A stretch of DNA of 64,000 nucleotides from positions 81,466-145,465 of the forward strand of contig CACMIP010000002.1 of the NCBI GenBank assembly GCA_902613795.1. Reading direction: 5' to 3'. This document shows, piece after piece, positions 22,399 to 31,500 of this stretch. Every line of letters starts with the position of its first letter. Position 1 is the stretch's first letter. The notes under the pieces were generated by a model, which ran no database searches, was not told where the DNA came from, and saw only the letters and a program-made list of their open reading frames with translations. A program made the translations under genes and the position numbers. The DNA is from an uncultured OCS116 cluster bacterium. GTDB taxonomy: Bacteria; Pseudomonadota; Alphaproteobacteria; Rhizobiales; TMED25.

Positions 22399-23667
22399 AT
22401 GAATAGACCATACTACAAACCAGATCCAGTTGGTGGGGCAGAACAATACGTTGGTGCCGAACATAGACTTAATGAGCCATGGGAAGAACAAGCGCATAAT
22501 GTAAAATTAGTTGGGCATTCAGATTTAAATGGCTGGGGTGATGCCTTCCAGATACAGGTATCAAATGGAATATGTTATGTTGCTGCGTCAGGAATTAATG
22601 GTCATAATGGTATGACAATTCTTGATGTCAAAGATCCATCAAAGCCAAAAATATTAAATCAAATATCAGACTCACCCGGTGCGCGAACCCATAAGGTTCT
22701 CAGAATTAGTGATGATATATTAATTACAAATTCAGAGTTGAGGCCTAATCTTGTTGGTCAATACCCAGAACTAAAAGGTGGATTACGAGTTTTTGATATA
22801 TCAGATCCTATTAATCCAAAATTTATTAGACACGTTGAAGTAGATGGTTTTGGCATACATAGGCCGATCTATGATAGGGATAGAAAATTGATGTATAGCT
22901 CTGGTTTTAAAGACGGCTATAATGGAAAAATACTTCTTATTCATGATATGAAAGATCCATCAAATCCTAGTTTTATTGGTCATGGGTGGGTTAAGGGTCA
23001 AAAAGAAGGTGAAGAGTATTCATGGGATAACTCTATAGTTAAAAATGAAGCTTGGTGCCACGAAGGAAATCCATGGGGTAACTTCGTAACTGCTGGATGG
23101 TGGGATGGAGGTATTGTTTTATTTGACTGTACGGATCCATCAAAACCAGAATTTAAGTGGAGACACAACCCTCATGAAACCCATGGCTGGCCTGGAAACT
23201 ATCATAGTTTTCTTGTGCCAAAGGGCTCTGAATTTGGAATTGTTACTCAAGAAACTATAACCGTTAATTGTGAGCATCCGCCAGCATTTATTACATTCTA
23301 CGATTTAAGAAATAAAGATGTCCCTCTTCCAGTTAGTACATATATGCCATTTGATATAGATCCACATGAGATGAGACCATTAGACTCTAAATGGGGGCAG
23401 ACAGGATCAAGACATGGCGCTCATAATATATGGTTGGATATGGAAAAAAATGATCTTATCTATATTGCTTGGTTTAATGCTGGGTTAAGGATCATTGACT
23501 GGAGCAATCCATTTAGCCCTAAAGAAGTTGGATCTTATATCCCAGCTGGAAATAGAGAACGATGCTGTCCACAAAGTAATGATGTTTATGTCGATCGTGA
23601 AACTGGACTTATATACATGTCTGATCGATGGGGTTTAGGTCTACATATACTCGAATATACAGGTTAA
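22399..23667 (+). CDS. LVIVD-repeat beta-propeller protein, no signal peptide
   Basis: Six visible repeats of the hydrophobic-x-D-x-S/T-D/N-P-x-x-P type: TILDVKDPSKPK, LRVFDISDPINPK, LLIHDMKDPSNPS, IVLFDCTDPSKPE, ITFYDLRNKDVPLP and LRIIDWSNPFSPK. I prefer the ATG at 22399 (GAGG 6 nt upstream) over the track start at 22387. Confidence 0.7.
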   Translation: MNRPYYKPDPVGGAEQYVGAEHRLNEPWEEQAHNVKLVGHSDLNGWGDAFQIQVSNGICYVAASGINGHNGMTILDVKDPSKPKILNQISDSPGARTHKVLRISDDILITNSELRPNLVGQYPELKGGLRVFDISDPINPKFIRHVEVDGFGIHRPIYDRDRKLMYSSGFKDGYNGKILLIHDMKDPSNPSFIGHGWVKGQKEGEEYSWDNSIVKNEAWCHEGNPWGNFVTAGWWDGGIVLFDCTDPSKPEFKWRHNPHETHGWPGNYHSFLVPKGSEFGIVTQETITVNCEHPPAFITFYDLRNKDVPLPVSTYMPFDIDPHEMRPLDSKWGQTGSRHGAHNIWLDMEKNDLIYIAWFNAGLRIIDWSNPFSPKEVGSYIPAGNRERCCPQSNDVYVDRETGLIYMSDRWGLGLHILEYTG

Positions 23668-23672
23668 ACTAT

Positions 23673-24860
23673 ATGAAAACACCCTTACAAGGTATTAGAG
23701 TAATTGAGTTTGGCAACTTTATTGCTGGACCTTTCTGCGGAATGCTGCTTGCAGATATGGGAGCAGAAGTAATAAAAATTGAGCCTCTATCAGGTGACTT
23801 GGCCCGAGCTATACCACCAATAATTGATGGGAAAAGTGCTGCATTCATGACCTTAAATAGAAATAAAAAAAGCTTAGCATTAGATTTAAAGTCTGACAAT
23901 GGTAGGTCTCTTACGCTTGAGATATTAAAATCAGCAAATGTAATAATTGAGAACAATAGACCAGGTGTGATGCAAAGACTGGGTTTGGGTGAAGAGGATG
24001 TAAAAAAAATAAATAATAAAATTGTTTACACATCTGTATCCGGTTTTGGACAGACAGGTGAATTAAAAAATAGAGCGGGTATAAATCTTATTATTGAAGC
24101 ATTATCAGGCACGTTATCCGTAATGGGTGAGAAAGGAGAAATTCCCCCTAGACCTGGCTTGCAAACCGCAGACATTCTTGGCGCAATGTTTGCTACCTAT
24201 TCTACTTTAGCCGGATTAATTGGACAGATTCAACACAATCAAGGTATGCATGCAGATGTAGCTCTAATCGAGGCATCTATCGCCTCTGCTGTATGGGAAA
24301 CGACAGAATACTTATCGAATGGTATTGTTCCAGAGCAGTTAGGGCATTCACACCGAGCAAGTGCACCATATCAATTATTTGAAACAAATGATAAAAGGTA
24401 CATTGCAATAGGTGCACCAAGTGACGCACATTTTAAGAGATTGATGAGCATACTAGATCTAAATGATTTATTAGAAAATCCGAAATTTATTTCATATTCC
24501 AGTAGAAAAGAAAATGAAAACGACCTAGTTCCAGCTGTTGCAGATAAAATAATGGATTGGGACTCATCAAATTTAGAAATTAAATTGACAGAAGCTGGTA
24601 TACCATGTGGTTGTGTAAGAAATTACAAAGAAGCTCTAAATAATCCTCATAGCATCGAAAGGCAGCTTGTAACAGAAATAGGTGATGGTCAAGGTTCCAA
24701 AATTAAGACAATACGTAATCCAGTCTTAATTAATAATAAACCAATAAACGTAGATAACCTAGCTCCAGAATTAGGTCAACATAGCTTTGAAATTTTAAAT
24801 GAAGTTGGTGTAGATAAAAATGCGTTTTGCAAACTCGTCAGTGCTGGTATTACTACCTAG
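23673..24860 (+). CDS. Class III (CaiB/BaiF family) CoA-transferase
   Basis: The N-terminus LQGIRVIEFGNFIAGPFCGMLLADMGAEVIKIEP is typical of the family, and the putative catalytic Asp context QTADILG is present. The ATG at 23673 gives the canonical N-terminus, whereas the track start at 23628 overlaps the upstream gene. Confidence 0.9.
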   Translation: MKTPLQGIRVIEFGNFIAGPFCGMLLADMGAEVIKIEPLSGDLARAIPPIIDGKSAAFMTLNRNKKSLALDLKSDNGRSLTLEILKSANVIIENNRPGVMQRLGLGEEDVKKINNKIVYTSVSGFGQTGELKNRAGINLIIEALSGTLSVMGEKGEIPPRPGLQTADILGAMFATYSTLAGLIGQIQHNQGMHADVALIEASIASAVWETTEYLSNGIVPEQLGHSHRASAPYQLFETNDKRYIAIGAPSDAHFKRLMSILDLNDLLENPKFISYSSRKENENDLVPAVADKIMDWDSSNLEIKLTEAGIPCGCVRNYKEALNNPHSIERQLVTEIGDGQGSKIKTIRNPVLINNKPINVDNLAPELGQHSFEILNEVGVDKNAFCKLVSAGITT

Positions 24861-25908
24861 TTTTTACTTTTTCTATTATTGCATTTGTCATATCAATAGT
24901 AGAAGATTTTCCTCCAATATCTGCTGTTAAGTATTTTCTTTCTTTGATTACTTCTAATGCTGACTCCTCAATAATATTTGAAGCCATAATTAATTTATCC
25001 TCACTGTATTTCAAGCCCATCCATGATAGTAGCATTGATGTTGACATAATAATGGCATATGGGTTTGCAACATTTTTTCCTGCAATATCAGGTGCAGAAC
25101 CATGTGTTGCTTGAGCCATCGCAATATTATCCCCAAGACAAAGGCCTGGCGCCATACCAATTGAACCAATTAGGCCTGCTCCAATATCACTTAATATATC
25201 ACCAAATTGATTTGTTGTTACAACAATATCAAATGACTCAGGATTTGAGACTAGGTGCATAGCAGTTGTGTCAATCAGAGTGTCTTCATAAGAGATTGAA
25301 GGATATTCCTTTGAAACTTTTAAACATTCCTCTAGGAACATTCCGCAACTTAATCTGAATAGAGGTTCTTTATGTGCTGCTGTAACTTTAGATCTATTTT
25401 TGCTTACAGCCAAATCAAAGGCCGCTTTAGCTACTCTATTAGAACCTTTTCTTGTAATAACTCTTGATGCGATGGTAATTTCATCGTTTGGGCGAAACTC
25501 AGGATATCCTCCAACAATTGTGTCTGAACTTTGCAGGCCTTCTGTTAATTCTCTTACGAAGATGATATCTATATTTCTTGAATTATCATATGACTTTGCA
25601 GGTCTTATTGCAGCATATAATTCAAATTTTTTTCTTATAGGGGGCATTTTCCAAGTGGAGTCATTTCGTGGATAATTATTGTGCCCAATAGGACCGCAAA
25701 TTATTCCATGGACTTTATTTAATTGCGAGACCGTGTATTCAGGAAAGGTATCGCCATACTGACTATGAGCTAATTTTCCAATGGGTAAGTCAATTATTTC
25801 AATACTATATCCAAGAGAATTTAGTGTTTCAGTTAATACCAACTTGGCCATTGGGACAATTTCTATACCAATATCATCACCGTTCATAATTGCAATTTTT
25901 AGCTTCAT
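24853..25908 (-). CDS. Isocitrate/isopropylmalate dehydrogenase-family enzyme (tartrate or D-malate/IPM dehydrogenase-like paralogue)
   Basis: 351 aa beta-decarboxylating dehydrogenase with signature NQFGDILSDIGAGLIGSIGMAPG. Its 3' end overlaps the CoA-transferase gene by 8 nt. Confidence 0.85.
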   Translation of the reverse strand: MKLKIAIMNGDDIGIEIVPMAKLVLTETLNSLGYSIEIIDLPIGKLAHSQYGDTFPEYTVSQLNKVHGIICGPIGHNNYPRNDSTWKMPPIRKKFELYAAIRPAKSYDNSRNIDIIFVRELTEGLQSSDTIVGGYPEFRPNDEITIASRVITRKGSNRVAKAAFDLAVSKNRSKVTAAHKEPLFRLSCGMFLEECLKVSKEYPSISYEDTLIDTTAMHLVSNPESFDIVVTTNQFGDILSDIGAGLIGSIGMAPGLCLGDNIAMAQATHGSAPDIAGKNVANPYAIIMSTSMLLSWMGLKYSEDKLIMASNIIEESALEVIKERKYLTADIGGKSSTIDMTNAIIEKVKTR

Positions 25909-25938
25909 GCTGAAATGATATCAGATTTGGAAGTGAAA

Positions 25939-26568
25939 TTAATCAAATTTTTTTGATAGATTATTAATGAGTTGGGATACAGATTTATTAGAAAGATAGG
26001 ACGTAAACTCGTCTTTTTTTTGGAGCGTAAGCGATACACCAGCAAGGGTTAGATCTATTACTTTATACTGCTGATCTTTATTTATAATTATCCACCATCT
26101 TATTGATGCAAGTCTTGAGTCATTCTTGAGAACATCACCATCCACCAAAAACTCTCTATTTTTTGACCCTTTTGTTCTACAACTGTCATTAACAATAGCG
26201 TATGTAACGTCAGGATCCTCTTCATCATTATCCAATCTGTCGTATATAGTCTGCGTAAGCATCTTTTGGATAAGATTGGTATAGACCTCTTTCATGTCAT
26301 TAGGCAATTTACGAGCATATTTACCGAGCATGATCTTACCCATTGTCTCGAAATCAGCGTTTTTGATTAGGAGATCCGAAAGGTTCGATTTTTTTTGATT
26401 TTTTGTGAACTCAGATGAGTTGATTATAGTCAATGTTTCATCTGTTACTTCATTAATGAAAGCCACAGCCTCATCACAGTATTCGCGGCCATGTGCACTG
26501 GACACAAAAATAATGAATAAAAATATTGAGTACACGAAGTATTTATTTATATTCTGAAACATGATCAA
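25939..26568 (-). CDS. mlaC: MlaC/Ttg2D-family periplasmic phospholipid-binding protein
   Basis: 209 aa with a signal peptide (..FVSSAHG). Its length and sequence pattern match the toluene-tolerance Ttg2D family, and it lies directly downstream of mlaA. Confidence 0.65.
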   Translation of the reverse strand: MIMFQNINKYFVYSIFLFIIFVSSAHGREYCDEAVAFINEVTDETLTIINSSEFTKNQKKSNLSDLLIKNADFETMGKIMLGKYARKLPNDMKEVYTNLIQKMLTQTIYDRLDNDEEDPDVTYAIVNDSCRTKGSKNREFLVDGDVLKNDSRLASIRWWIIINKDQQYKVIDLTLAGVSLTLQKKDEFTSYLSNKSVSQLINNLSKKFD

Positions 26569-26573
26569 CCTAG

Positions 26574-27407
26574 TTAGAATACTAAGTTGAGATCCCGCGC
26601 TGTGTCAATTGAAAATTCAGATGGTTGGTCGCTTGGAACGCCGTTTGAAATTTCATCCATCCTTCTTTGCATGTACATATTTCGGATACTGACATAATAA
26701 TCTGTAGAATTTGCCTCGATGTCGTCAAGCACCTCTAGTAATTCTTCTCGTGCAACTACAGCCTCAGAAATTCCATATGAGTAACGATATCCGTCATTTT
26801 GGTTTTGCAAATACCAAGTTAGTGGGTGCACGGCAAAGTCTACAAAACGCCCTGCAATATGACGCGGCGTTGATGGCCCAAAAAGAGGCGAGACAATATA
26901 GGGTCCGCTATCAACACCGTAAGTAGCGAGTGTTTGCGCAAAGTCTTCTGTGTGCCTTGGGTAGCCCATATCTGTCGCTGGATCTCCAAATCCAAAAAAA
27001 CCAACTGAAGAATTTATAAAAAACCTATTAAGTGTGTTGGAAGCTCTTTGTTCTTCTCCTTGAAGAACGTCATTAAAGAGTATTGTCGGAGATTCTAAGT
27101 TGCGTAAAAAATTCCTAATTGACTCGCGTCCGCCTTCTGGCACTATATCCCTGTAAGCTTCCGACATTGGTTTTAGTATTGCGTTGTCAATGGCTTGATT
27201 GAAAGCAAACATCTTTCTATTTGTCTTCTCGTATGGATCGAAAGGACTATAATCGAGTTCGGAGTCAGATGATTCGGAATATGATGAATTATAATTTTCT
27301 TCGATGAATTGAGATATATCTGCTTTGGATACTGTTATATTCAAAACTAATATTAACGTTAAAGTCACCACAAAAAATAACTTATGTGCATATATCTTGG
27401 CCACCAC
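26574..27407 (-). CDS. mlaA: MlaA/VacJ outer-membrane lipoprotein
   Basis: Carries the VacJ core DPYEKTNRKMFAFNQAIDNAILKPMSEAY..NLESPTILFNDVLQG..NRFFINSSVGFFGFGDPAT..EDFAQTLATYG. Confidence 0.85.
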   Translation of the reverse strand: MVAKIYAHKLFFVVTLTLILVLNITVSKADISQFIEENYNSSYSESSDSELDYSPFDPYEKTNRKMFAFNQAIDNAILKPMSEAYRDIVPEGGRESIRNFLRNLESPTILFNDVLQGEEQRASNTLNRFFINSSVGFFGFGDPATDMGYPRHTEDFAQTLATYGVDSGPYIVSPLFGPSTPRHIAGRFVDFAVHPLTWYLQNQNDGYRYSYGISEAVVAREELLEVLDDIEANSTDYYVSIRNMYMQRRMDEISNGVPSDQPSEFSIDTARDLNLVF

Positions 27408-27657
27408 TACATCCCATATCTTGTTTTTACTAAAAGAAGGCTTAACTTAGTATATCTCAAATGTGTTTAAAAATAAATAAATTTGACAAGTCATGTTCTA
27501 AGCCTAAGCATTAAATCTTAATTTCGTCTTAAAACTTAACGTATTTAGGATAAATATTGTTTAAAATTTAGGCAAAATAAATGCAATTTTACAAATTTTG
27601 CAATATATCAACAGCTTTTTAATCGTGTTTTTTATACATTCTTGATATTATTACCAA

Positions 27658-28581
27658 ATGAAATCAAATCAAATAGTTTTACTTGATGGCGGAATTGGCC
27701 AGGAGATATATAAAAGAGCGGGATCACCCGAATCAAAGACGCTTTGGTCATTGCAGATCATGCGAGATAATCCAGAGATTGTAGTTAGTGTTCATATGGA
27801 TTTTATAAATGCAGGATCAAAAGTTTTAAGCTTAAATAATTATGCGGCAACCCCATCAAGATTAGAGAGAATTGCAATGAGTGATAGTTTTGATGAAATC
27901 CACTCCTTGTCGATCCAGTTATTGAATACAGCAATTTCTGAGTCAAAGTCTGCGAGATCGGATTTATCCATCGCCGGTTGCTTACCGCCACTTATCGCCA
28001 GTTATTCAGCAGAGGATAGTAGGGAAAATAAGGAACTTTTTGATGAGTATATACTTTTAATTGAACAGCAGATTGATCATGTCGATTTATTTCTGGTCGA
28101 GACAATGTCTAGCATCAAAGAGATAATTGCTGTGACTGATGCTCTTGATCATTTTGGATTAGGTAAGTATGTTAGTCTCACTTTAGATGATGATCATCCT
28201 AATTTGCTCAGATCTGGTGAAAATTTGGTAGATGCAATCAAATTATTGGAAATGAAATCTGCGGATGCGATTTTATTAAATTGCTCCTGCCCTGAAACAA
28301 TAACATCAGCGTTATCTGAATTTAAAAATATTGAAATACCTTTTGGCGCTTACGCAAATGGTTTTTCTTCTGTCAAAGATTTGAAATTTGGAAATAGTAT
28401 AAATGTATTGGAGGCAAGAAATGACCTCGGTCCGGATGAATATTCAAAATTTGCAATGGATTGGATTGATAGAGGTGCAAGAATAATTGGAGGCTGTTGT
28501 GAGATTGGCCCAAAGCATATCAATAGAGTTTCAGATCAAATACATCTTAATGGTTACACGACGATGAAGCTTGGATTATGA
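27658..28581 (+). CDS. Homocysteine S-methyltransferase (MmuM/BHMT-type, zinc-dependent)
   Basis: 307 aa Pfam S-methyl_trans-like protein (LLDGGIGQE, LVETMSS). The Zn-ligand cysteines are in NCSCPE and GGCCEIGP. Confidence 0.85.
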   Translation: MKSNQIVLLDGGIGQEIYKRAGSPESKTLWSLQIMRDNPEIVVSVHMDFINAGSKVLSLNNYAATPSRLERIAMSDSFDEIHSLSIQLLNTAISESKSARSDLSIAGCLPPLIASYSAEDSRENKELFDEYILLIEQQIDHVDLFLVETMSSIKEIIAVTDALDHFGLGKYVSLTLDDDHPNLLRSGENLVDAIKLLEMKSADAILLNCSCPETITSALSEFKNIEIPFGAYANGFSSVKDLKFGNSINVLEARNDLGPDEYSKFAMDWIDRGARIIGGCCEIGPKHINRVSDQIHLNGYTTMKLGL

Positions 28582-31500
28582 ATTATTTTTCACTCCGTAT
28601 CCTCCACCTGAAGGAGTAGTAATCATCAGTCGATCTCCAATTGCTAATTCGATTTGGCAATTTCCTTCTATCTCTGTTGCCACATTGTTTCTTATTCTGA
28701 TGTTGGACCCCAGCTTACCTGGTTCACCGCCACAAAGACCAAATGGATGTTCTTTCCTGTTATTTGATAACAAAGAACAACTCATATTATCACAAATGAA
28801 GAATATTTTTCTTAAACCTCGGCCACCTGCATATTTACTATTATTTTGTTTTTTCCCGACTAGGGATATTTCTGAGAGAATAATTGGATATTCTTCCTCA
28901 AAAATTTCAGGATCGGTAGATCTTGAATTTGTCATATTTGTCTGTATTGCATCACAACCATTATGATTTTTTCCCGCCCCCTGACCTCCACAAACTGTCT
29001 CGTAATATTGAAATTTGTCATTACCAAGGATGATATTATTCATTGTAGATTGACACGATGCTTTGATGGAGAGCGCACCAAAAATACAATTTGCAAGTGC
29101 TTGGCTCACTTCAACATTTCCCGCTGAGACGGCTGCATTTTTTGAGGGATTAATTATAGAGTTAGTGTCCGTAGATATTTCTACAGGTTCAAGGATACCT
29201 GAATTTAGTGGAATATCCTCATTAATTAAACATCTTAAGACATAAATTATGACAGCTTTTGTGATTGGAAGTGGAGCGTTAAAGTTATCTGAACTTTCTC
29301 TACTTGATCCAGTGAAGTCAAAGTTAATTTTTTTACCCTTAGAACATGCCTTTATTTTTAATTTGAGATTAAAATTATCTAGTGCCATATTGAAGCTTGA
29401 TGGTTTAATATTTTTCAATATACCAAGACATGCCGTTTTTGCATTCTCTTGTATTGCATACATTTGCTTTAGAACAACGTCTAATCCATAATAGTCAATG
29501 ATTTTACGTAATTGTATCTCACCAATTTTATTTGCTGCTACTTGAGCTGTAATGTCTTGTATGTTGAGCTCGGGATTTCTCGCAGGATATTTGCCGCTAT
29601 TTAATTTTTTTTGTAATCGTTCGTTTTTCGTAAGATCACTCATACGAATTTTAAAATTATCAAATATAATACCTTCATCATCCAACTTTTTTGCTTCGGG
29701 AGTCATAGATCCTGGATATATTCCACCAATATCGGGGTGATGACCCCGCGTGGCTAAGTAAAAAATTATATCTTCGGTTTTTTCAGAAAAGATAGGGGAA
29801 ATAATAGTAATATCAGGCAAATGAGTTCCTCCAGAATTAGGTGAGTTGTTTATGAATATATCTCCCCTTTTTACAGATTGATTTTTCTTGATAAGCCCTT
29901 TTATACAATCATCCATTGATCCAAGATGCACTGGTATATGAGGTGCATTCGCAACAAGATTACCGATATTATCAAATAGAGCACATGAGTAATCAAGCCG
30001 CTCTTTTATATTTATGGAGGCCGCGGTCCTTTGCAGTGTTTCCCCCATAGTTTCTGCTACTGACATAAAATGGTTATTAAAAATCTCCAACATTATTGGT
30101 GCTTCATCAGCTTTTCTGAGAGTCTTTGATGTTTTAATTCTTTTTATTAGAATATTACCTGATTGATCCCGAGTTGCTTGCCATCCCTCTTCTATGATTA
30201 TTGTTGAGTGATCATCAATCAGCATTGCTGGCCCTGTAAGTTCGATGTCATAGAATTTTTCTATTCGACACACAATAGCCTTAACCCATTTTCCTTTGCT
30301 ATAGAAATTTTCATAATCAAACTTATTTTTTGTATTTATTTTTTTTATAGGCAGTTCAATTTTATTATGTCGAGGGGTAGTTTCAACTTGAATCATATCA
30401 AGTATAATTTTTCTATTTAGGTTATAGCCATATATCTTTTTATGAATTTTCCTAAAGTTTTTGATTAAATCTTCACACTTAATTTTTGATTTTTTTTCTT
30501 TTATGCAAATACTTTGATCGGTACCCTTATACTTCAAATAAAATAAATTTAAATGAGATACAGTCTTGGATTTGGTATTAACTAGGTTTTCTTTTTGAAG
30601 TTTTTTAATAAGAGCATCAATTTTATTTCTATATTTTGTATCAAATTCAAAAAAAGTACTTTCTTGCTTAATATACTTCTCTCCGGATTGAGCCATGCCA
30701 TATGCCGATAAAAAACTTGATAGTGGATTAATAATAACTGTTTTGATCTCAAGGTTCTCAGCAATCTGGCAAGCGTGTTGGCCACCCGCCCCCCCATAAC
30801 TCACAAGCGCATGCTCCTCTAGGTGCAGACCTTTCCTTGTGGCAATTTTTCTTATAACTCTGCACATTTTCTCAACTGCAATTTTTATAAACCCTTCAGC
30901 TATATCTTCTGGAAGCATTTTTGAGTCAATGTTATCTCTCAGTTGTTTAAATTCCTCAGATACAATTTGCTTGTTAAGCATGGATTTGCCGTCATGGCCA
31001 AACTTCTTTGGGAAATATTTTTCTATAATTTTACCAAGAAATAGGTTTGCGTCTGTGAGTGTTAGGGGGCCATTTTTTCCATAAGACATTGGTCCAGGGA
31101 ATGAACCCGCGGATTTTGGTCCAACGGTCATCCTTGAGTTCCTATATTCTAAGATTGAACCTCCACCAGAAGCAATTGTGTCAATATCGATAATAGGTAC
31201 CTGAAGTATTTGGTTGTCGATGGTTTTCTCATTCTTGTACTCCAATTCACCTTCGAAATAGGAGACATCAGTAGAGGTGCCGCCCATATCAAAAGTTATA
31301 ATTTTTTTAAAGCCTGAGTTTTTACCAACTGAGATTGCACCCATTACGCCCCCAGCTGGACCAGATAATATAGAATTTATACCTCGGAAGTTTTTTTCTT
31401 CTGCGAGGCCTCCATTCGATTGCATATATCTTAGACTAATGTTATTTTTATCAAAATTTATTTCTTTCTTTAAATTATCTATATCGCTTCTGATAATAGG

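Noticed and set aside
23628-23672. N-terminal extensions in the ORF track: CoA-transferase from 23628, ftsW from 42246, mraZ from 33397, bamD from 52854, ABM protein from 6039 and SDR from 3914.
   Set aside because: The extensions overlap upstream genes or a promoter and add non-homologous residues. Downstream ATGs give the canonical family N-termini, several of them with clear Shine-Dalgarno sequences.
27408-27657. A possible SAM-II or SAM-V riboswitch upstream of the homocysteine methyltransferase gene.
   Set aside because: I looked for the pseudoknot pairing of a GCUUU-type loop segment with a downstream AAAGC. Only AGCUUUUU (about 27612-27619) is present, with no matching AAAGC before the start codon. 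I keep it only as a low-priority computational check.
19478-27657. A direct repeat of the tRNA 3' end (an att-site scar) that would delimit a genomic island.
   Set aside because: By visual scan I could not find any partial copy of GGTTCGAGTCCTGGATCGCCCACCA in the intergenic regions downstream (20024-20147, 21495-21556, 25909-25938, 27408-27657). A computational search is still advisable.
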